Origin: Hamiltosporidium tvaerminnensis FI-OER-3-3
Taxonomy: Eukaryota; Fungi; Microsporidia
Length of the DNA: 64,000 nt
Direction of reading: 5' to 3'
NCBI GenBank assembly: GCA_022605425.2
Contig: JAKIMF020000004.1
Span: forward strand, 744,001-808,000
Shown: one piece after another, positions 41,464-50,130 of the stretch
Layout of the letters: each line of letters starts with the position of its first letter
How positions within the stretch are numbered: the first letter of the stretch is position 1
Notes under the pieces: model-generated
Database searches by the model: none
What the model was told of the DNA's origin: nothing
Seen by the model: the letters and a program-made list of their open reading frames with translations, nothing else
Program-made: the position numbers and the translations under genes

Positions 41464-42194
41464 AAAGTGGAGGGAGGATAACCACATAAAAAACTTTCTG
41501 CTTGGCAATGAGTGTGTGAAACTGGTGTGAGATCATTGTTTGGATTTTTGGTGGGAATAAAACCACACTACATCTTCGGTTGTTCCATGGGTGTTGTTAT
41601 GACGAGGAGAGGTCTAAGAAATGGAGAAACTTTTTCTACAAATTTATTTGTAGTTTTTTATGTAACCTGATTGCAGACCGCAGCCGAACATGTAAGTAAT
41701 CGCCATGTAAAAGCATGGAAACCTAACCTTGCTCACTCGGGTTAGAAGACTTAGCGCCTGGGAGATATAAAAATAAAACCCATTAAAAGCCGGGAGAGCT
41801 AAGTAGCAGATTATACCTGTTGGTATGACATTGCACTGTCTAGGTGAACCCCATGTAAATCTCTGAAATATATCTTAGCTAGAAGTTTATTGGGTTCAGA
41901 AAGTGTAGAGTAAGTGGGAATGCTGCATAGTCTTGGGGGAGCCCAGCGGGGGCTTCGGCCTTCGATCACACTCCATGCAACGGACATTAACGAACTCCGG
42001 GCAACTGCCTCGCCTATTAATTAGGTTCTACACACCTGGTAGATGAAAGGCTTTGGGACATAGGTATTGCAAGGGTTACCGATGGAGTGTTGGGGTAGCA
42101 GTCATTTATGTTAAACCTAGAACTGCGTTAATGTCATAAAAACAAATATAACACTTTCCACTATTTTAAAAAGATGTGATACTTTTAAATAAAG
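41464..42194 (+). mobile_element. ~730-bp structured non-coding element, full-length canonical copy with a perfect 28-bp TSD
   Basis: Flanked by ATTTAAATTTATTTTTTTAATTTATTTA at 41436-41463 and 42195-42222. Confidence 0.96.
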
Positions 42195-42761
42195 ATTTAA
42201 ATTTATTTTTTTAATTTATTTAGTAATATAATTTGAGGTAATACTATTAAACCAAGAGAAAAATATTATAGAAAAATGTTTCTTTGATTTAGTAATATAA
42301 TTCGAGGTAATACTATATAAACAAGAGGATTGAGAGAATAAAATAATTTTTATTTTAAATTAAATTGCCAATCAATTTTTATGTTTATTTTATTTCTAAT
42401 AAATAAAAATTTTAAATAAGTAAAAATTAATTTAATTGGTTAATTTAAACTGAAATAGAAAACTATGAAAAGCATAAAATTAAATATTTTTTAGAAAAAT
42501 ATTCAGTACATCTGAAGAGATTTCAATATGAAAAGAAAATTTTACAGATTAATATTCTAAAAATCCAGAAAACCTAATATTTCATTAGACTTTATACTTA
42601 TTTAAATGAATAAAATATTTTTTTTATATTAAATCTGTAAATAGTGATGAGAATATATTTTAATTTGTTAATAAAATTGAGAAAATATTTTATTATTTTT
42701 CCAATTTTGGCATAAAAAAACAAATCTAATCGAAAGTTTTTCAATTATAAGAATAAAAGGT

Positions 42762-43049
42762 AGTGGTAAAAGAGGTAGAAGAAAATATATAAAAATGGTA
42801 AAAAATATTTTAACCCAGAATTTTATTAAATAAATTCAAAGAAAAAAAGAGGTGGAAGAAAATATATAAAAATGTTAAAAAATATTTTAACCCAGAATTT
42901 CATTAAATTAAAATAAGTTTATAAAAGAAAAAAAAAGAGGTGGAAGAAAATATATAAAAATGTTAAAAAATATTTTAACCCAGAATTTTATTAAATAAAA
43001 ATTTAAAGAAAAAAAGAGGTGGAAGAAAAATATATAAAAATGGTAAAAA
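42762..43049 (+). repeat. Tandem array (~3.5 units) of the RLE-LINE 3' terminus
   Basis: Units AAGAGGT(A/G)GAAGAAAATATATAAAAATG(G/T)TAAAAAATATTTTAACCCAGAATTT(T/C)ATTAAAT match the reverse complement of 37607-37680. Confidence 0.88.
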
Positions 43050-43331
43050 GTCAAAATGATTTTTTATTTTAGAGATTTATAAGATTAGAAAAGAATTTAA
43101 AAGGTGAAAAAATAAATTAATGACAAAGATTTTCTATCAAAAACATAGCAAAAAAATTATAAAATTTAACAATAAAAAAACTTCTTAAAAGTTTAAAATT
43201 TATTAGAAATAAAAATATTTACTTTCGCATATGAAATTTTGAAAATAGATTTAAAAATCTCAATAAACAAATCTTACTCATTCGAAACTAAAAATTCTTT
43301 AAAAAATATAGAAACACGATTTTACCACCCC

Positions 43332-44234
43332 ATGTTATGTTTTAGATGTAATTTGCCTGCCCAACTGATACGATCAAAAGATTTATCAAAGGTATGTAAA
43401 AAATGTTTTATAAATATTTTTGAAGAAGAAATACATCAAACAATTTTAGAATCTAAAATGTTTGTTTCCGGTGAAAAGATATGTGTTGCTGTTTCCGGTG
43501 GAAAAGATTCAACCGTACTTTTACATGTAATTAATATTTTAAATGAAAGACATTCATACAATATTGATTTGTTACTTCTTTCTGCTGATGAAGGGATAAA
43601 AAATTATAGAGAATTTTCACTTGAAAAAGTATATGAAGCTCAAAAAGATACAAATTTAGAAATGAAAGTAGTAGAATATAAAAAAGAGTTCGGATATACG
43701 ATGGATGAGATTGTTAAAAAAGTGGGTGTAAGAAATAGTTGTACATATTGTGGAATGTTAAGAAGACAGGCTTTGAATATTGGAAGTGCAGATTTTGAAA
43801 CCAAAAAAATTCTTATGGGACACAATGCTGATGATTTAGCTGAAACAGTATTGATGAATATTTTACGTGGAGACACAAATAAACTTAGAAGATGTACAAA
43901 TATAATTTTAAGTGGAACTCTTAATACACCATTTAGATGTAGACCGCTTAAATATGCATATGAAAAAGAAATTGTGATGTACGCATTTTATAAAAAATTA
44001 AATTATTTTTCTGAAGAATGTACGTATGCAAAGGAATCATTTAGAGGAGAAGTTAGAGTATTTTTAAAAGAATTAGAAAAAATTAGACCATCGATATATT
44101 TGGATCTTATACGGACTGGTGAGTATTTTGAAAAGAGTGTGGATACTGTTAAGAGTTGTTGTACTGTTTGTGGTGATACAAGTAATGTTTCTATTTGTAA
44201 AAGATGTGTTTGGGTAGAAACAATCAAAAAATAA
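43332..44234 (+). CDS. NCS6: Cytoplasmic tRNA 2-thiolation protein 1 (Ncs6/CTU1, TtcA/TtuA family)
   Basis: N-terminal CxxC..CxxC, PP-loop SGGKDS, CTYCGMLRRQAL, GHNADDLAETVLMNILRGD, RCRPLKYAYEKEIVMYA and a C-terminal zinc finger. The start is placed at CCCC-ATG 43332 rather than the TTG at 43239. Confidence 0.95.
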   Translation: MLCFRCNLPAQLIRSKDLSKVCKKCFINIFEEEIHQTILESKMFVSGEKICVAVSGGKDSTVLLHVINILNERHSYNIDLLLLSADEGIKNYREFSLEKVYEAQKDTNLEMKVVEYKKEFGYTMDEIVKKVGVRNSCTYCGMLRRQALNIGSADFETKKILMGHNADDLAETVLMNILRGDTNKLRRCTNIILSGTLNTPFRCRPLKYAYEKEIVMYAFYKKLNYFSEECTYAKESFRGEVRVFLKELEKIRPSIYLDLIRTGEYFEKSVDTVKSCCTVCGDTSNVSICKRCVWVETIKK

Positions 44235-44829
44235 ATATTTAATTTACAATCTTATTTATTTGATTATTTGAATTGGTATTAAATTATAAAAAAATAATTA
44301 AGAAACTATTAGAAATTAAATATTTTTTTTTGTTTTTTCTATATTTCATAGAAAATGCTATTTGTAAAAATAACTTAAAAATTTATTTTTTACAATTATT
44401 TAAACTCTTCAAACAGAGAATATTATTCTAAAAGTTATAAATAATTCTTAATAATTTATTTTTTTCAACTCAATTCAATTCTTCAAACAGAAAATATTTT
44501 TCTTAATTTTATAAATTCTTTGAACCATAATTATATTTTCAATCCTCCTTAATTCAAAATATTCTAAAAAATAATCAAAGTTTTTTATAAAAAATAATTT
44601 ATTTCTTGGTTTTAAAATACAAAATGTAAATTTATTTAAACTTTTTAGAAAAAAATGTGAAATATAAAAAGAAATTAATTACAATTTAGTATTTTTAAAA
44701 AAATATTTTATCATCATTTATAATTCAAAGGATTTTTTAAAAAAAGTTGAATATTTTACAATTTAAGATTTTTAAAAATATTTTACAATTTAAGATTTTT
44801 AAAAAATATTTTTATATTTTACCCTTCTA

Positions 44830-45189
44830 ATGGAATACAAGACACAATCTACACAACAACACATGACACCAATGAAATATGTAGAAGTTTCAAATATTAG
44901 GAATGAACAAGTTCAAAGTGAAAAGGTTACAACTCTTCAAAGGATTTCTTTATCTTTAAAGTCATTTTTTGTTAAAATAAAAGAAAAAATACGTGATATG
45001 TGGAAAGCAGTATATAATAAAATAAAGAAGAAAAAAGAAGAAACCAATTTGGAAAAGGAAAACGAGGAGGAATTTTCAACCAACAGCAAATATATCAATA
45101 GTGGTGATTTTAATTCTAATAATTTACATAATATTAATACGAATGAGTCACATGTTTGTTTGGATAAAGAAGTGGTAAATATTATGTAG
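44830..45189 (+). CDS. Small hypothetical protein (119 aa)
   Basis: ATG preceded by ACCCTTCTA after an AT-rich promoter-like tract; amphipathic and charged sequence. Confidence 0.55.
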   Translation: MEYKTQSTQQHMTPMKYVEVSNIRNEQVQSEKVTTLQRISLSLKSFFVKIKEKIRDMWKAVYNKIKKKKEETNLEKENEEEFSTNSKYINSGDFNSNNLHNINTNESHVCLDKEVVNIM

Positions 45190-46240
45190 GTTTAGTCAGA
45201 TTTTTTTAAATAAATCTTTAGAGAGTTTGTTTATTGTTGATAATTATTGATTTGATTTTTATTTATTTTAAGATATTGCACGGTTTTATGCTGATATATA
45301 TATTTTTTTAAATTTTTATTCTCATATTATATAACGACTCCTCCCCATTCTGTCGTCCCCCGCTGAATTTTATTCCTGTTTAGAAATAAAATCTATCAGA
45401 CCATCACATCTGCCAATTATATAGGATCAGAAAAAATTATTGTATTTATTCCTTTTTTGGAGGGAAAAAACGGCTGGTTTGGTGGTAAATTAACTTTTTG
45501 GGAATACTTTAAGGATTTAATAAAATCATTTTAAATTGAAAAACTGTAAATCAAATTTAAAAAAAAATTATTGAAACAAATTTAAAAAGAATTATAGAAA
45601 TAGAAAGAAGGAATTTAAGAAAATACCAGAAAATTATTTAAAAAAATTTTAAAATATTTCCACAATAAAAAAGTTAAAATTAGGATTCTAATGTAATTTT
45701 ATTTTCCTTTGTATATATTCATATTCTCACCAGTTTTTACCTTTTCTTTATATATGATACATCGCTGTATTTTAACATAAAAAATATCTGAAAATATGAT
45801 GAAGGTTACATAATACTTTAAATAAAAAGCATTCCAAAAATATACTATTTTTACAAAATTTATTAAAATGCTTTTGCCCCAATTATTGCAACTTAACAAG
45901 GGAATGCAATAGTGAACACCCAGGGATAATCAAAGCATATAAACTTGATGTAAATTTTTGGTAAAAAATTATTCCAAAACCGAGCATATAAAATATGAGA
46001 ATAGAATTAAAACGAGAGAAATTTTAATTTTAATACAAAATATTGGTTTAAGTCTGAGACAATGCCATCATACTTCTACTTTTTTTATTTCTTGACAAAG
46101 TAACAGAATATAATACAATTACCTCGGAAAATATTGGCATAAGAACTCACTTTTAAACAGAATATGAATAAAATTAAAATATATATAAAATTGAAAAAAG
46201 GAAATGAAAAATCGAAATTTCACTTTCAAAAAAATGATAA

Positions 46241-46410
46241 TGCCGTAATTTTTGGGAAGGATGCTAAGTTTGAAGTAAGTCTCTAACAAGGAGATCGTCT
46301 TCCTACTAACCTTTCCTTTGTTGCGTAAGGATTTGTTTTTATAAGTAAAATAATTGTCTTTGTTGGCTTTATTCGTCATGGCACACGCGTTCTTCTTATT
46401 TTAAAATATA
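46241..46410. repeat. ~170-bp dispersed repeat X, copy 1
   Basis: Aligns with 61238-61406 (TGCCGTAATTTT.GGGAA.G..GCTAAGTTTGAAGTA..TCTCTAACAA.GAGATCGTCTT). Confidence 0.8.
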
Positions 46411-46442
46411 AAATAAAAATATTATATTTTTGTGATATAAAT

Positions 46443-47148
46443 AAACATAAAAAACTTTCTGCTTGGCAATATGTGTGTGAAACTTTTGTGAGAATCATTG
46501 TTTGGATTTCTGGTGGAAATCAAACCACAGTACATCTTCGGTTGTTCCATGGGAGTTTTTATGAAGAATAGAGGTCTCAGAAATAGAGAAACTTTTTCTG
46601 GAAATATATTAAGTATTTTATGTAACCAGACCGCAGCTGAAATTGTAGGTAATTGCTATGTAAAAGCATGGAAACCCAACCTTGCTTTACTCGGGTTAGA
46701 AGGCTTAAGGCCTGGGGGATATAAAAATAAAAACCATTTAAAGCTGGGTGAGTTAAGTAGCAGGTTTTACCTGTTGGTATGACATTGCATTGTCTAGGTG
46801 GACCCCATTTAAATCCCTGAAATATATCTTAGCTAGAAGTTTATTGGGTTCAGAAAGTGTAGAGTTTGTGGGAATGCTGCAAAGTCTTAGGAGAGCCCAG
46901 AGGGTGGGCTTGGGCCTTCGATCACACCTAATGACGGACATTAAATAACTCCGGGCAACCGCATCGCCTATGAATTAGGTTTTACACACTCGGTAGATGA
47001 AAGGCTTTGAGACGTAAGTATCGCAGGGGTTACCGATGGAGTGTTGGGGTAGCAGTTATTTATGTTAAACCTAGAACTGCGTTAATGTCATGAAAACAAA
47101 TATAACACTTGCCACTGTTTTAAAAAGATGTGATACTTTTAAATAAAG
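46443..47148 (+). mobile_element. ~730-bp structured element, 5'-truncated copy with an 11-bp TSD
   Basis: Lacks the first ~16 nt (GTGGAGGGAGGATAACC). GTGATATAAAT occurs at 46432-46442 and 47148-47158. Confidence 0.93.
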
Positions 47149-47814
47149 TGATATAAATGTTTTCACAGCTATATAAATGAAATATGTAGAAAAAAGAAAC
47201 GAAATTTATTGAGAATTTTTATTTTGATTCTATTTTTCAAAAAAATCTAAATAATAAAATATACATGTAAGAAATATTAAAAAAGTATATTTAAGATATT
47301 TATTTTGATTTAAATTTTATTTTAAATAATGTTCATGAATATATTTAGGCTGAATTTTAATCTAACATATTAATAATAATTGTCTTTTGAGTATTTTTTA
47401 AAAAAAATGCAATCAGATTTTATAAATATTCTAAAAAAATGATTAATTAGAAAATTTAAATTTAGAATATAAAAAAAACGATCTAAAGCCTCAGTTAATT
47501 TTTAAAAAAAATAAAAATAACTATTTAATAATCTATTTTAATCCAAAAAAAGGGCTACTGAATAATTGAAAAAATCTTAGATCTAAATTCTATCATAAAA
47601 AATTATTGACAGAAATACTAAGTTACTTGTGATAATCTATTGTATTTTTCATTTAATGTATTTATTTTCTGATGTTTATTCATATTTTGGCTTATATTAT
47701 AAAATCATCGGCTTGTTTTTTATACTATTGTCAGTTAAAACATATTTTTTTTTGTTTATATTTAAATAGTTAATTGATTTAAAAAAATCTAAAAAAAAAT
47801 TATATTTCAAACGC

Positions 47815-50130
47815 ATGCAATTCAATTTAAATTTTTTAGGATCAAAGAATATGTTTTATATTTTGACATTTGTTTGTAATTCAAGTGAGAGAGATGTGAT
47901 AGTCTATGTTGCTCGAGATAGCCAAGAACATTTTTTAAATTTAAATATTAGAGAGCAAAAACCGAGTGTTTTTGCCAAACAAAAAGAGATGATCGTTAAA
48001 AAACAATGGAAATCGAGCTTATAAAGTATTTGTTTGATAAAGAAAACGGTATAGAATACGACAAATATATTTTCGAGGATATTGAAATTTCTGGTTTAAA
48101 ATTTGATATTTTTCCAAATTTGGATATTAAAAATTCGACTCAAGAGATATTTCTGTGTCGTCATATAACAACATCCGATTTTAAAATTTTTTATAGTTTT
48201 ATAATTTCCTACTATTTTTTATATGAAAAAATGACAATAGAAAGTTTTTACACCATTTTATACTTTTTAGAATATTTACGAGTACAATATGATAATAAAT
48301 TAAGAAAGGTTCTAATTTTAATTTTTTTATCATTATCACAATCTACAGAATTAGAGAATGATGTTGTCGATAAAATTCAGTTACATTTTTCAAAACAAAA
48401 AATATTCTCTCATGCATATTTCAAAATAATATCTCAAGAATATTTTAAAGAGTTTAAACACGAAAATAACTTTGAACCATGGATTTTTATCAAGGAAAAA
48501 AATTTTGTATTGTTTGAGAAGTATGAATCATTCTATACGGCCAATAGAAAGTATCTATTGCTTTTGAAAGGTAATTTCTTTGAAAAATTTTCGAAAAAGA
48601 TAACAAGAAATGTAAAAAGAAAGAACCTATTCATCATATTACTAAACACATTTGATTTGAAATATCTGAATATACATGATTTAGAATCTAAATATTTAAA
48701 AATTTGTTGTTTCATTTTGGATAATTTAAAAAAAACGCTTGATGAAATCGTATTTTATAACATCTGTGTTCGAGATAAATTGATAATCTCTCTTAATACA
48801 AATCAAACATTTATTCATCTAAAAAAAATTGTCTTTCTAGAATCTAAAATCAAAACAAAATTAAAATTTTCGAATAATTTGAATAAGATCGAAGAATTCA
48901 TCTTTAATGACAGTTGCACTATAAATAAACAAAATTCGATTTCAGAATATCAGATACTTGAAAGACTTGAGGATATTAAGAATATCATTATTAATTCTCA
49001 ACAAAAATAAGGAAAGTCTAAAAAAGAATTTTCATATGAGAAAGAACACCTTAACCAAAACATAAACATGGATTATAGTACCAGTTCATTTGCATCTCTT
49101 TTTCAAGAAAATATTTTTACAGGAAAAATAAAAATCTTTGAATTTTTGGATTTAAAATACAAACTATGGGAAATAAGTTGTCAGATTGGATGTTTTATTG
49201 AATTTTTTGATATTTCAATAATTTTTGAAGAGCTCGATTTAAATGAATTTAAAGTAAAAGGTACTTTATTTGAAATAAACATTAGGAAAATAATAATTAA
49301 CAATTCAAAAATTAACTCTAGTTTTTTAGAAGATATTCTAGACTTATATAAGCTTAAAAGGTTAAAAATTTTCGAATCTGAAATTTCTTTGGAAAAGACA
49401 ATGAATATTAATAACAATACTATTGAATGCTTTATATATAGGGCTAAATGTCATGAAAGTTGTAGATATTTTTATGAATTGGTTAACCTAATGACCAATT
49501 TAAAACGAATTAACTTTTTTATGGATAGAAGAATTAATTTAAGATGGCCTGACGCGGTGAAAATTAATATCAGACATTTTGAATTTTTAGATGTTTTTTT
49601 ATACAAGGAATACATTGATATTTCTGAAATGAAATTGCTTTCGAATTTTGAGCCGAAAGAATTGCTCCATTTAAGTGCTAAATGCGAGACAGGTTCTTTA
49701 AAATGTTTGTTCTCAAGAAATAATTTTTCCCAAGTAAAGAAACTAAATCTGTCTCGTTTTGTGATTGGAAATGAAGATGTGAAAGTTTTCAAAAATAACT
49801 TGAATTCGGAGAATATAAAATTTTTTTATATAAATCTAAGACTTATTTCTATATCAGATCATTTTGCAATGCTAAAGACTATAATATAAAATATATATAT
49901 TTGTCAAATATATATGTTTCCAATCAGATTTGGAATTTATTTCTAAATTGAAAAAACTTAAGAAATTGTCGTTATTAAGATGTCAAATTACATTTTTGAT
50001 TACTATTTTTACAAAAATCAGCTTATCAAATGACGTATTTCTTGAAATATGCAACAATAGGACACTTATTAACGCAGAATTTTTAAAAAATTTGAAAGAA
50101 GCGGTTCCATCCGAAAAGATAAAAATATAG
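47815..50130 (+). pseudogene. Disrupted LRR-like protein gene (microsporidian expanded-family type)
   Basis: Four consecutive same-strand ORFs. 48006-49010 and 49068-49889 are in one frame separated by a single TAA. LxxLxL motifs: LKYLNI, LKRLKI, LKRINF, VKKLNLS, LKKLSLLRC. Confidence 0.65.

Noticed and set aside
37653-41481. Plus-strand ORFs overlapping the LINE, and similar antisense ORFs over other genes
   Set aside because: These are shadow ORFs opposite real coding frames.
41506-41535. Hammerhead-like ATGAG-TGTGT-GAAAC in the element
   Set aside because: The core would be GCAAUGA instead of CUGAUGA, and there is no NUH site with a proper stem III.
41720-41748. CCTAACCT as a telomerase template for TTAGG
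   Set aside because: It is not conserved (CCTAGCCT, CCTGTCCT, CCCAACCT in other copies) and is paired with GGGTTAG in a stem.
42095-42130. Group II intron domain V-like AGCAGT..ACTGC hairpin, and group I-like AAGATATA/GACTA motifs
   Set aside because: There is no GNRA loop, AC bulge or DVI, the pairing is lost in the divergent subfamily, and no P7 pairing forms.
42145-42194. MITE or Helentron (HINE) interpretation from imperfect terminal complementarity (AGTGG../..CCACT) and a weak 3' hairpin
   Set aside because: The complementarity is short and subterminal. Variable 11-28 bp TSDs and 5' truncation fit retroposition better, though this is not fully excluded.
42762-43049. CRISPR-like repeat-spacer array
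   Set aside because: The units are LINE 3' ends with short A/T linkers, in a eukaryotic context with no cas genes.
46498-46941. Short ORFs inside the ~730-bp element (MCETGVRS..., MQCHTNRY..., MSVAWSV...)
   Set aside because: They occur on both strands, and their lengths and frames differ between near-identical copies. Substitutions track base-pairing rather than codons.
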